Below are positions 20,143-29,389 of a DNA stretch of 64,000 nt, piece by piece (positions within the stretch are counted from its first letter, which is position 1; each line of letters begins with the position of its first letter). The stretch is taken from positions 1,568,001 to 1,632,000 of the forward strand of contig JASGHJ010000002.1 in assembly GCA_047602405.1 (NCBI GenBank). Reading direction: 5' to 3'. The notes beneath the pieces are model-generated. The model saw nothing but the letters and a program-made list of their open reading frames with translations, had not been told where the DNA came from and did no database searches. The stretch is from Anaeromyxobacteraceae bacterium. Lineage in GTDB: Bacteria; Myxococcota; Myxococcia; Myxococcales; Anaeromyxobacteraceae. The position numbers and the translations under genes are program-made.

Positions 20143-21444
20143 CTACGCGAGCGTCGGCGCGACCGCGACCCGGCCCCGGCCGGCGCGCTTCGCGGCGTAC
20201 AGCGCCGCGTCGGCCGCGCGCACCAGCGCCTCGGCGGAGACCCCGGTGCCGCCGGAGGGCAGGCACGCGACCCCGAACGACGCGCCGACGGTGACCCGCC
20301 GCTCGGCGAGCTCGAGCGACGCCGAGCCGAGCCGCGCGCAGATGCGCTCCGCGAGCACGCGCCCCTCCTCGGCGGTGGTGTGCGGCAGGAGCACCACGAA
20401 CTCGTCGCCGCCGTAGCGGGCGCCGAAGTCGGTCTCGCGGAGCTCCTCGCGGATGACCGCGGCCACCGCGGCGATGGCGCGGTCGCCGGCGGCGTGGCCG
20501 AGCGAGTCGTTGATGGGCTTCAGCTCGTCGAGGTCGGCCATCACGCAGGTGAGCGGGGTGAGGTAGCGGTGTGCCCGCTTGACCTCCTCGTCGACCCGGG
20601 CGCGGAACGCGCGCAGGTTCGCGAGGCCGGTGAGGGCGTCGGTCTGGGCGAGCGCCCGCAGCGCGGACTGGCTGCGCACGAAGCGCAGGGTCCGGTCGAC
20701 GCGCGCGCGGAGCTCGCGGTCGGAGAAGGGCTTCTGCAGGTAGTCGACCGCGCCGAGGTCGAGGCTGCGCACCTTGATGGCGTCGTCGCCTTGGCCGGAC
20801 ACGAAGAGCACCGGGATGTCCGCGGTGGAGGGGTCGGCGCGGAGGCGCTCGAGCACGCCCAGGCCGTCGAGCCGCGGCATGAAGAGATCGAGCAGCACGA
20901 CGTCGGGGCGCTCGTCCCGCGCGAGCTCGAGCGCCGTCTCGCCGTCGGGGGCGGCGAGGACCTCGTAGTCGGGCTCGAGCGCGAGCTGGAGCGCCTCGCG
21001 CGCGTCGAGCTCGTCGTCGGCGACGAGCAGGCGGGGGCGGGGGCCCACCGGCCGGGGCGCGCGGCGGGCCGGGCGCGCGTCGGTGGCGGGGCGCAGCGCC
21101 CGCTCGAGGTCCTCGGCGAGGCGCCGCAGCCGCGCGGCCTCGTCCTGGAGCGCCTGCTCCCCCGCCGCGCCGTCGGCGACGCCGCCGGCGAGGCGCTGCG
21201 CGGCGGCCGAGAGCTCGGCCGCCGCGGAGGCGACCAGCGCCTCCCGGCGGTGGCCCAGCTCGCGCAGGCGGCGGTTCGAGTCGGCGAGCTCGGTCAGGGC
21301 GGCGGGGAGGAGGACGCGCAGGCGCTCCGCGCGCGCCGCCGGCGGCAGCGCGGCGAGCCCCTCGAGCTCGGCGAGGAGCGCGGCGAGCGGGTCGGCGGCC
21401 GCGTCGGGCGCGGGCCGCGGGAGGCTGTCGGTCGGACCGCGCAT
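20143..21444 (-). CDS. response regulator diguanylate cyclase (coiled coil-REC-GGDEF)
   Basis: LVADD..LLDL.MP..KPF receiver; TDALTGL.N, D.D.LK.IND..GH..GD, RYGGDEF. Confidence 0.9.
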   Translation of the reverse strand: MRGPTDSLPRPAPDAAADPLAALLAELEGLAALPPAARAERLRVLLPAALTELADSNRRLRELGHRREALVASAAAELSAAAQRLAGGVADGAAGEQALQDEAARLRRLAEDLERALRPATDARPARRAPRPVGPRPRLLVADDELDAREALQLALEPDYEVLAAPDGETALELARDERPDVVLLDLFMPRLDGLGVLERLRADPSTADIPVLFVSGQGDDAIKVRSLDLGAVDYLQKPFSDRELRARVDRTLRFVRSQSALRALAQTDALTGLANLRAFRARVDEEVKRAHRYLTPLTCVMADLDELKPINDSLGHAAGDRAIAAVAAVIREELRETDFGARYGGDEFVVLLPHTTAEEGRVLAERICARLGSASLELAERRVTVGASFGVACLPSGGTGVSAEALVRAADAALYAAKRAGRGRVAVAPTLA

Positions 21445-21584
21445 GGACGGCTCGGGTTCCCCCTGCAACATGGCGCCTGCCGTCCCCCTGGGCAGCAGGC
21501 CCGGGACAACGTACCGCCTGCCGCCTCGCCGGGTGAACCGCCGGACCACGGGACGCGGCGAGGGGATGGCGCTATACCGGGGGC

Positions 21585-21809
21585 ATGCCGGAGACCGTCG
21601 AGATCTACGGGAAGGACACCTGTGGCTACACCAGCGCCGCACGTGCGGACTACGCCGCCCGCGGTCGCCAGGTCACCTACTTCAACGTGAAGAAGGACCC
21701 CGCGGCGATGAAGCGGTTCCTCGAGCTCTCGGGGGGCGACCGCCGGGTGCCGCTCATCGTGGAGCGGGGCCGGATCTCCATCGGGTTCGACGGGACCTGA
21801 ACGGTCTAG
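21585..21809 (+). CDS. glutaredoxin-like selenoprotein of the Uxx-star type (TGA 21798-21800 read as Sec; ends G-T-U-T-V-stop)
   Basis: Grx fold (IYGKDTCGYT, RRVPLIV, IGF); TGA-ACG-GTC-TAG followed by a SECIS-like hairpin. Confidence 0.8.
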
Positions 21810-21810
21810 C

Positions 21811-21828
21811 CGCTCCCGGTCGGGAGCG
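21811..21828 (+). promoter_or_regulatory. bacterial SECIS-like hairpin
   Basis: CGCTCCC-GGTC-GGGAGCG begins 11 nt after the UGA, with a G-G-U apical loop. Confidence 0.7.
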
Positions 21829-21846
21829 TCGCCTCGGGGGGAGGGC

Positions 21847-22575
21847 TCAGTTCCGGCCGTAGAGCGCGCGGCGGTTGCCGCGCATGCTCGGGCCGAGCGG
21901 CGTCGGCGGCCGCTCGAGGTGGAACTGGAACCACTCGTTGCCGTACGTCTTGCCGAGCTTCAGCTTCTTGCCGTTCTGCAGGGTCTGCAGCGTCGAGGCG
22001 AGGCGCTCGTCCTTCGGGAGGACCGTGGCGCCGCGGCCGGCCACCTTGATCGCCTCGTCGTGGCGCCCGGCGTCCTCCAGGATCCACGCGTACACGCTCC
22101 AGAGCAGGCTCTCCTTCTTCGACACCTTCGCGGCCTCCTCGAGTGCGGCGACGGCGCCCTGCACGTCCTTCTTCTTGTAGCGCGCGGCGGCGAGCATCCC
22201 GCGCGGCACCCACTGGCGCACCCAGCTCTTCTCGAGGTGCGGCGTGGCCGCGTCGAAGTCGCCCTTCACGTAGAGGATCTGGCCGATGGCCGCGTGGAGC
22301 TGGGCGCCGGTCAGGAACTGCCAGCGCTCGAATGCGAAGCCGGTCTTGAGGACGGCGATCGCCTTGTCGAAGCGCGGGGGCTGGACCGAGAGCTCCTTCT
22401 GCATCTCCTCGAAGACGCGCTCGAGCTGCTTCCCGGAGCGGCGGGCGAGCAGGATGTACGCGGCGACGCCCGCGACGAGCGCCGGGACGATGGCGGCGAC
22501 CCACCCGAAGCCACCGAGGGCCACGGCGGCGGCGACGACGACGGTGATCGCGAGGCTGATGAGGAGGTTGTACAT
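21847..22575 (-). CDS. membrane-anchored TPR protein
   Basis: Two N-terminal TM helices, then TPR-like helices (GQILYVKGDFDAA..LEK; GRHDEAI.V). Confidence 0.75.
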   Translation of the reverse strand: MYNLLISLAITVVVAAAVALGGFGWVAAIVPALVAGVAAYILLARRSGKQLERVFEEMQKELSVQPPRFDKAIAVLKTGFAFERWQFLTGAQLHAAIGQILYVKGDFDAATPHLEKSWVRQWVPRGMLAAARYKKKDVQGAVAALEEAAKVSKKESLLWSVYAWILEDAGRHDEAIKVAGRGATVLPKDERLASTLQTLQNGKKLKLGKTYGNEWFQFHLERPPTPLGPSMRGNRRALYGRN

Positions 22576-22654
22576 GGCGGGTGGGTACCGATACACGCGC
22601 CCGGGAGGGACCGGCAAGGCAAAATGGACCGGCGCCGGGACCCGGGGTCTGTTG

Positions 22655-22739
<85 letters not shown>

Positions 22740-22860
22740 TCGGGGCGCGACCCTACCACGGAAACCCGCGAAAACGATTGAGCAGGCGCCGGTGCGGCTA
22801 TAGCCTTGGGGGGCGCAATTGAGCGCCCAATCAAAGCAAAGCATTGCCGGGAGTCCCCCC

Positions 22861-23238
22861 ATGGCCCGCACCGCCGCGTCACCCTCGATCGACGACATCG
22901 TCCGCGACGCCATGGAGGCGGTCGTGAAGAAGGCCTCCGTGTCCATCGCCCGCGCGGTGGCCGAGATGGCCGCCGCCCGCCTCTCCGAGGAGCTCGAGGT
23001 CGGCCTCTCGAAGACGAAGGGCGCGAAGGTCCGTCGCGCCGGCGGCCGCGCCGCCCGCCCGCCGCGCACCGAGATCACGAGGTGGATCGCCGATCGCCGC
23101 GCGCGCCGCGTCCCGAACTTCGTCATCGACGCGACCGGCCTCAAGACGAAGAAGGCGATCGTGGCGCGGTTCGGCGAGGACGCCGCGTTCGAAAAGGGGA
23201 AGCCGCTGCCGCCGAAGGCGAAGAACGCCTCCGCGTAG
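22861..23238 (+). CDS. small basic protein, candidate nucleoid-associated protein
   Basis: N-terminal amphipathic helices, Lys/Arg-rich linker, C-terminal W.ADRRARRVP.FV domain; GC3-rich codons. Confidence 0.65.
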   Translation: MARTAASPSIDDIVRDAMEAVVKKASVSIARAVAEMAAARLSEELEVGLSKTKGAKVRRAGGRAARPPRTEITRWIADRRARRVPNFVIDATGLKTKKAIVARFGEDAAFEKGKPLPPKAKNASA

Positions 23239-23295
23239 CCGGGAGCGGCGCGGCCGGGGGCCCGCCCGTCCCGACGAGGTCGAGGGACGGTCGGG

Positions 23296-23595
23296 CTACT
23301 TCTTCTCGCCGCCGGTCCCGCCCGTCGCGGGGGCCGGGGAGGGCTTCGCGTCGGCGCCGCCGCCCGGCGGCGAGGGCGCGGCCTCCGCCTTCGGCTTCGC
23401 CTTGCCGGCGCCGGCGCTCGCGTAGAGATCGGAGTACCAGCCTCCGCCCTTGAGCTGGAAGCTCGTGCGCGAGACGAGCTTCGAGAGGCGGGCCTCGCCG
23501 CAGCCGGGGCACGCGCCGGGCGGCGGGTCGCTCACCTTCTGCATCACCTCGGTGAGCCGGCCGCACGCCTCGCAGACGTATTCGTAGATGGGCAC
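23296..23595 (-). CDS. FmdB family zinc-ribbon regulatory protein
   Basis: MPIYEYVCEACG..CPGCG..LVS.TSF.LKG.GWY. Confidence 0.9.
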   Translation of the reverse strand: MPIYEYVCEACGRLTEVMQKVSDPPPGACPGCGEARLSKLVSRTSFQLKGGGWYSDLYASAGAGKAKPKAEAAPSPPGGGADAKPSPAPATGGTGGEKK

Positions 23596-23628
23596 GGTGA
23601 GATCCTAACCGGGGGCAGGTTCCGCCTG

Positions 23629-25008
23629 CTACCCGCGCCGCCTCGCAGGCGGGCGCTTGCCGCCGGGGCGTGGGCCGGGCCGTCCCGGACCGCGCGGCGC
23701 AGGACCGCGTGCACCGGGACCGCGCGGTGCCGGACCGCGTGCACCAGGACCGCGTGCACCGGGACCCGGACCGCGGGCTGCAGGACGGCGAGGTGCGGGC
23801 CCCGGCTTACCCGAGGCAGGGCGGCCGGCGCCCGGGCGGGGAGCGGGACCGCCGGTGCGCGCGGTCGCGGGGCGACCCGTGCCGGGACGCCGGGGGCCTG
23901 ACGGCGCGCCGGGGCGCTCGGGCCGTCCCGGGCGGCGGTCGGGCCGGCCGGACGGGCGGGCCGCTTCCCGCCGGGCGAACCCGCCGGCGGCACCACCGGC
24001 CTCGAGGCCGAACCTGGCGGCGAGCGCGGCCGCCTGGGCCGGGCCGAGCGCGAGCGTGCGCGCGAGCCCGTCGGCGACCGGCTCGCCGGCCGCGCGGAGC
24101 GCCCGCGCGTGCTCGGGGAGCCGCGCGCGCAGGTCGGCCTCGAGCTCGGCCGAGAGCCCGAGGTCCTCCACCCGCGCGGCGTCGCCGAGGAGCGCGGCCA
24201 CCCGGTCGGTGAGCGTCGAGCGGCGGCGGAGCTCGTCGCGGCGCTCGGCGCGCACGCGCTCGACCTCGGCCCCCGCGTCGAGGCGCGCGACGGCGGCCAC
24301 CAGCCCCTCGCGCGTCGTCCCGACGCGCTCGGCGGCGCCGGCGAGCGAGCCCCCGGCGGCCCGGAGCGCGTGGAGGAGCTCGTCGCGCTCGCGGTGCGCG
24401 TACGCGTTCGCGAGGCCGTGGTGGTCGAGGAGCGCGTCGAGCTCGCGGTCGGCGATGCCCTCGGGCGAGCGCCACCCGGCGGCGAGCGCGGCGAGGAGGT
24501 GCGGCCGGCGGCCGCCGTGCCGGCGCATGAGCCGCTCGACGACGGCCCGGCCCGGCGGCTCGAAGAGGTCGGCGAGGAGGGGCAGGGCGGGGGTGGACGC
24601 CTCCGGCGGCTGCGGGCGGTCCGCCGCCCGGCGCACCACCACCTGCGCCGCGGGGCCGCGCTTCTTCGTGCGGGTGACCTTGTGCGCGGGGGGCGCCTCG
24701 GGCGCGGGCGCGGCGCCCGCGGCCCTGCCGGCGTCGCGGGCCGCCTCGGTCTCCTCGGAGAGGTACCGGCCCTCCCGCTCGCGCTCGGCCGCGACGTCGG
24801 CCGGCGTGCCGCGGGCGAGGTCGGCGAGGGCGAACGGGCCGAGCGGCCTCGCCGGGGGCGGGTCGGCGAGGAGCGCGCGGGCGTGGAGGAGCGCGTCCCA
24901 GGACAGGCCACCCAGGGCGGCGCGGATCTCGGCGGCGCCGGCGTGGCGGCCCGCCTCGGCGCACCAGCGGGCGACGCGCTCCACGAGCTCGGGGTCGAGG
25001 TCTGCCAT
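23629..25008 (-). CDS. hypothetical protein with Fis-type HTH and Arg/Gly/Pro-rich repeat tail
   Basis: ERDELLHALRAAGGSLAGAAERVGTTREGL resembles a Fis HTH; the C-terminus has (GARGP/APRGP)n. Confidence 0.65.
   Translation of the reverse strand: MADLDPELVERVARWCAEAGRHAGAAEIRAALGGLSWDALLHARALLADPPPARPLGPFALADLARGTPADVAAEREREGRYLSEETEAARDAGRAAGAAPAPEAPPAHKVTRTKKRGPAAQVVVRRAADRPQPPEASTPALPLLADLFEPPGRAVVERLMRRHGGRRPHLLAALAAGWRSPEGIADRELDALLDHHGLANAYAHRERDELLHALRAAGGSLAGAAERVGTTREGLVAAVARLDAGAEVERVRAERRDELRRRSTLTDRVAALLGDAARVEDLGLSAELEADLRARLPEHARALRAAGEPVADGLARTLALGPAQAAALAARFGLEAGGAAGGFARREAARPSGRPDRRPGRPERPGAPSGPRRPGTGRPATARTGGPAPRPGAGRPASGKPGPAPRRPAARGPGPGARGPGARGPAPRGPGARGPAPRGPGRPGPRPGGKRPPARRRG
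23687..23766. repeat. 15-bp tandem repeat (~5 units) encoding RGP pentapeptides
   Basis: GGACCGCG(C/T)G(G/C)NNCN repeated at a 15-nt period. Confidence 0.8.
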
Positions 25009-25100
25009 GGCCGGGGCACCCTGCGACGTGACGCCCCGCTCCGTCAAGCGTCACGACGCCGGCGTTGCCGCGGGCCCTTTCGCCGTGCTTCACTCCGCCC

Positions 25101-25705
25101 GTGCCGGGAAAGCCTGCCGTCGAGCCGAAGCCTCCGCTGCCCCACGGGCTGCGCGTGCTGCGCTGGGTCCTCGTCGCGCTGCTCGCGGTGAGCGCGTTCC
25201 TCACGCTCGTGGCCGTCCCCGAGCTGCGCGAGGAGGTCGCCGCCTCCGCCTGGATCAAGGCCGCGCTCGCGGCGCCGCTCGTGCTGCTCGGCGCCTTCGT
25301 GGTCGGCTTCGCGGTGTACCGGGTGCGGATGGTGGGGCTCGGCCGGTACGACGGCGGGCGCGCGCTCCTGCAGATCGCGCTCCTCAGCCTGGCGCTCGCG
25401 GTGATCGGCGGGCTCGTCCTCTTCCCGGACGACCGCGGCGTGAGCGCGAAGCCGGTCGATCTCGCCCACGCGCTCCGGGTCCCCGACCCGGTGGTGAAGT
25501 CGCTCGCGGCGGAGGTCGTGCGGTACCGGCCGCCCGACGAGGCGAGGGGCCACCTGCCCGCGCTCGTGCAGCTGCTCGAGGACCCCTCGCCCGAGGTCCG
25601 GCGGCAGGCGCACGCCTCGCTGGTGCAGCTCGCCGGGGAGATCTCGGCGGCGAGGGGCCGGGCGCGGGCGCCCGCTGGCGGGAGAAGCTGGGTCTCGCCC
25701 GCTGA
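25101..25705 (+). CDS. membrane protein with C-terminal HEAT repeat (frameshift at ~25640 falsely fuses it to fur)
   Basis: Three TM helices, LVQLLEDPSPEVRRQAHASL HEAT repeat; restoring one G gives LAGEDLGGEGPGAGARWREKLGLAR* ending at 25705. Confidence 0.7.
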
Positions 25706-25731
25706 GGGCCTTGCGCCCCGGCCGGGGCGCA

Positions 25732-25753
25732 TGATAGTGAGAATCGTTCTCAT
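25732..25753. promoter_or_regulatory. Fur box overlapping the fur start
   Basis: TGATAG-TGAGAATCGTTCTCA-T: inverted repeat TGAGAA-N3-TTCTCA resembling the Fur box core; AT-rich within GC-rich DNA. Confidence 0.75.
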
Positions 25754-26237
25754 GATGACTCACCCTGGCCGCGCGCGCCCCAAGGTCTCGTCGACGTCCC
25801 GTCAGGCGGCGCTCGCCGCCTACATCGAGCAGAAGGGCCTGAAGCGCTCCCGCCAGCGGGAGCGGATCGTGGCGGCCTTCTTCGAGCTCGAAGGCCACGT
25901 CACCGTCGAGGAGGTGGTGGAGCGCGCCCGGCGGATCGATCCCCGGGTGAGCCTCGCCACCGTCTACCGCACGATGAAGCTGCTCGCCGACTCCGGCCTC
26001 GCCACCGCCCGCCAGTTCGGCGACGGGCAGACGCGCTACGAGGCCTCCGAGGGCCGGGAGCACCACGACCACCTCATCTGCACCTCGTGCGGCGCGATCG
26101 TCGAGTTCGCGAACGACCGCATCGAGTCCCTGCAGGCGCTCGTCGCGAAGCGGCACGGCTTCGACGTCGAGAAGCACAAGCTCGAGCTGTACGGGCGCTG
26201 CCCGGACTGCCGGCGCGGCGCGGAGGCGAAGCCGTGA
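25752..26237 (+). CDS. fur: ferric uptake regulator
   Basis: GLK.SRQR..I, H.TVEE, SLATVYRT, HHDHLICTSCG, G.CPDC. Confidence 0.93.
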   Translation: MMTHPGRARPKVSSTSRQAALAAYIEQKGLKRSRQRERIVAAFFELEGHVTVEEVVERARRIDPRVSLATVYRTMKLLADSGLATARQFGDGQTRYEASEGREHHDHLICTSCGAIVEFANDRIESLQALVAKRHGFDVEKHKLELYGRCPDCRRGAEAKP

Positions 26238-28324
26238 CGCCTCCTCCCCCGCAGGGCGCCGAGGCGCGCGCCGACGGCCGGCCCGCCCGCAAGGATCCGG
26301 GCCTCGAGCGCAAGGAGCTCGTCCAGGCGGCCCGCGCGGTCATCCTGGTGGGCAACCCGAACGTCGGCAAGAGCGTCCTCTTCGGCGCGCTCACCGGCCG
26401 CTACGTGACGGTCTCGAACTACCCCGGCACCACCGTCGAGGTGACCCGCGGCTCGGCCACCATCGAGGGCCGCCCCTGGCACGTCATGGACACCCCGGGG
26501 ACGAACAACCTCCTCCCGGCGTCCGAGGACGAGCAGGTCACCCGCGACATCCTCCTCTCCGAGACCGACTACGTGTGCCTGCAGGTCTGCGACGCGAAGA
26601 ACCTGCGGCGCGGCCTCCTGCTCGCCACCCAGCTCGCCGAGGCCGAGGTCCCGTTCACGCTCGCCCTCAACATGGCCGACGAGGCCGCGAGCCGGGGGTT
26701 CCAGATCGACGTCGAGCGGCTCTCCCGCGAGCTCGGGGTCGAGGTGGTCTCGACGGTCGCGGTCGAGCGCAAGGGGCTCGGGGAGCTCCAGGCGCGTCTC
26801 GGCGACGCCCGCCCGTCCGGCTTCCGGCCCCGGTACGACGCCGTCGTCGAGGACGCGGTCGCCGAGATCGAGGGGCTGATGCCCGCCGGCGGGATCGGCA
26901 AGCGCGCGCTCGCGGTGATGGCGCTCGCCGGGGACGAGTCGCTCCGACCCTTCCTGGGCGGCCGGCTCTCGGCGCCCGCGCTGGCGCGGGTGGACGAGGC
27001 CCGCCGGAAGCTCGCCGCCCGCTTCCCCGAGTCGCTCCGGTTCGTCATCGCCCGCCAGCGCCTCGCCACCGCCGACCGCCTGCACGACGCGGTGGTCACC
27101 CGCACCGGCGCGTCGGCGGCGAGCGGGTTCGCCCGCAAGCTCGGCGGGTGGTCCACCCACCCGCTGCTGGGCGTGCCGATCCTCTCGGCGGTGCTCCTCG
27201 CCTGCTACGGCTTCGTCGGCGTCCTCGGGGCGAAGACGCTCGTCGACTTCCTCGAGAACACCGTCTTCGCGAACTACCTCGTGCCCTGGACCGACGCCGC
27301 GGTGCGCTTCCTCGCGCCGGACGGGCCGGTGGAGACGTTCCTCGTCGGCCCGCCCGGGGTCCCGATCGCGGAGAGCGGCGGCATCCTCGTCGGGAAGTAC
27401 GGCCTCGTGTCGATGGGGCTCAGCTACGGCATCGCGATCGTCCTGCCCATCGTCTTCACGTTCTTCATCGCCTTCAGCGTCCTCGAGGACTCGGGGTACC
27501 TCCCGCGCCTCGCGGTGATGGTGAACCAGCTCTTCAAGAAGATGGGGCTCAACGGCAAGGCGGTCCTGCCGATGGTGCTCGGCCTCGGCTGCGACACCAT
27601 GGCGACCATGACCGCGCGGATCATGGAGACGCGCAAGGAGCGGGTGATCGTGACCCTGCTCCTCGCGCTCGCGGTGCCGTGCTCCGCGCAGATCGCGGTC
27701 ATCCTCGCGATGACCTCCCGCCTGCCGCTCGGCGCGACCTTCTGGTTCCTCGGGACGATCCTGCTCGTGATCTTCCTGGTGGGCTGGCTCGCGGCGAAGG
27801 TGCTGCCCGGGCGCGGCTCCGACTTCATGCTCGAGCTGCCGCCGCTGCGGATCCCCCAGGGCGGCAACGTGGCCGTGAAGACGCTCGCCCGCATCGAGTG
27901 GTACCTGCGCGAGGCGCTGCCGCTGTTCGTGGTCGGCACGTTCCTCCTGTGGGGGCTCGACCGGCTGGGCGGGCTCGCGGTGGTCGAGCGGGCCTCCGCG
28001 CCGATCGTCACGGGGGTCCTCGGGCTCCCCGCGGCCGCGGCCGGCGCGTTCATCCTCGGCTTCCTCCGGCGCGACTACGCGGCGGCGGGGCTGTTCATGA
28101 TCTACCAGCCGTTCATGGACGCCGGCACGCTCACGAAGCAGATGGAGATCGAGGTCATCGTCGCGCTGGTGACCGTCACGCTCTTCATCCCCTGCATCGC
28201 GAACTTCTTCATGATCCTGAAGGAGCGGGGCTGGAAGACCGGCCTCGCCATCGCCGGCTTCGTCGTGCCCTTCGCGATCGCGGTGGGTGGCCTCCTCAAC
28301 GTCCTCATGCACGCCTTCTACTAG
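26234..28324 (+). CDS. feoB: ferrous iron transporter FeoB
   Basis: GNPNVGKS, NYPGTTV, DTPG, NMAD, LEDSGY.PR, GLGC, PCS, ELPP; multiple TM helices. Confidence 0.96.
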   Translation: MTPPPPQGAEARADGRPARKDPGLERKELVQAARAVILVGNPNVGKSVLFGALTGRYVTVSNYPGTTVEVTRGSATIEGRPWHVMDTPGTNNLLPASEDEQVTRDILLSETDYVCLQVCDAKNLRRGLLLATQLAEAEVPFTLALNMADEAASRGFQIDVERLSRELGVEVVSTVAVERKGLGELQARLGDARPSGFRPRYDAVVEDAVAEIEGLMPAGGIGKRALAVMALAGDESLRPFLGGRLSAPALARVDEARRKLAARFPESLRFVIARQRLATADRLHDAVVTRTGASAASGFARKLGGWSTHPLLGVPILSAVLLACYGFVGVLGAKTLVDFLENTVFANYLVPWTDAAVRFLAPDGPVETFLVGPPGVPIAESGGILVGKYGLVSMGLSYGIAIVLPIVFTFFIAFSVLEDSGYLPRLAVMVNQLFKKMGLNGKAVLPMVLGLGCDTMATMTARIMETRKERVIVTLLLALAVPCSAQIAVILAMTSRLPLGATFWFLGTILLVIFLVGWLAAKVLPGRGSDFMLELPPLRIPQGGNVAVKTLARIEWYLREALPLFVVGTFLLWGLDRLGGLAVVERASAPIVTGVLGLPAAAAGAFILGFLRRDYAAAGLFMIYQPFMDAGTLTKQMEIEVIVALVTVTLFIPCIANFFMILKERGWKTGLAIAGFVVPFAIAVGGLLNVLMHAFY

Positions 28325-28335
28325 GAACCCGACCG

Positions 28336-28581
28336 ATGCCCGCCGTCGTCGCCCGCGAGGAGACCTGTCCGCTGTGCCAGAGCCGCTTCGACGCGGAGGG
28401 GCAGGGCTGCCGCCCGAGCTGCCCGATGTCGAAGGGGTGCAAGGTGCTGTGCTGCCCGTCCTGCGGGTACAGCTTCCCGCAGGAGGAGACCGGCCTCGCC
28501 GGCCGGCTGCGCGCCTGGCTCGACCGCCGCAGCCGCGGCCCCGAGGCGGCGCACGCCGGCGCGGGGAAGGTGGCGCCGTGA
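28336..28581 (+). CDS. small Cys-rich protein in the feo operon
   Basis: 81 aa, CPLC..C.PSCPMSKGC..CCPSCGYSF (8 Cys); its stop overlaps the next GTG. Confidence 0.7.
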   Translation: MPAVVAREETCPLCQSRFDAEGQGCRPSCPMSKGCKVLCCPSCGYSFPQEETGLAGRLRAWLDRRSRGPEAAHAGAGKVAP

Positions 28582-29256
28582 GCACGCTCGCGTCGCGCCG
28601 CAGCGAGGAGATCCTGGAGACCGTCTTCACCGAGCGGGAGGAGGGGAGGAACCTCGCGGCGGGGATCCTGGCCGCCGCCCCCGAGGACCACGCCCCCGGC
28701 GCCGCCCGCGAGGACCTCGAGGCGCTCGCCTCGGCGGGGCTCGTCCGGCTCGAGGGCGAGCGGGTCGACCTCACCGACGGCGGCGAGAAGCGCGCGCGCG
28801 ACGTCGTGCGCCGCCACCGCCTCGCCGAGCGGCTGTTCAACGACCTCCTCGACCTCGGCGGCGTGGCCGCCGAGAGCCAGGCCTGCGAGTTCGAGCACAT
28901 CCTCTCACCCGAGGCGACCGACTCGGTCTGCACGCTGCTCGGCCACCCGCCGACCTGCCCGCACGGCAAGCCCATCCCGCCGGGCCCGTGCTGCAACACC
29001 TTCCAGAAGACCGTGCGGCCGCTCGTGACCGGCCTGCCCGCGCTCGAGCTCGGCCGCCACGGGCGGATCGTCTTCATCGCCCCCCGGTTCCACGACCGGA
29101 TGGACCGGCTCGCGGCGCTCGGCGTGGTCCCGGGCTCGACCCTGCGCCTGCACCAGCGCGCGCCCTCCTTCGTCATCGAGGTGGGCGAGACCACCATCGC
29201 GCTCGATCCCGAGAATCGCGCGCGAGATCTACGTGAAGCCCGTCGACGCAGGCTGA
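28578..29256 (+). CDS. DtxR/MntR family metal-dependent regulator with C-terminal FeoA domain (frameshift ~29214)
   Basis: LT..G...A..VVRRHRLAERL, AC.FEH, P.TCPHG.PIP; FeoA-like RL.ALG..PG..IAL..E.A..IYV. Confidence 0.88.
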
Positions 29257-29273
29257 CCCCTGGAGGGGCCCTC

Positions 29274-29322
29274 GCCCCTCGACTCCGGGCCGCTTCGCGG
29301 CCCTCCGCTCGGGGTGGACGGA
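29274..29322 (+). repeat. palindromic repeat family B
   Basis: GCCCCTCGACTCCG-[GGCCGC TTC GCGGCC]-CTCCGCTCGGGGTGGACGG; same frame as the copy at 39454. Confidence 0.55.
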
Positions 29323-29357
29323 CCACCCCTCCCTGGCAGGAGGACGCTGCCCTGAAG

Positions 29358-29373
29358 TTGAGAATGAGACGCA
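29358..29373. promoter_or_regulatory. degenerate Fur-box-like site upstream of the FMN-binding protein gene
   Basis: TTGAGAATGAGACGCA shares the TGAGAAT half-site with the box at 25738. Confidence 0.4.
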
Positions 29374-29389
29374 CCATCGAGATCCGCCG

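Noticed and set aside
23687..23766. CRISPR-like array
   Set aside because: 15-bp head-to-tail units without spacers, lying in frame in a CDS; no cas genes.
25065..26237. Membrane/HEAT-Fur fusion protein (390-aa ORF)
   Set aside because: Created by a missing G at GATC 25640; the corrected upstream gene stops at 25705, and fur has its own Fur box and ATG.
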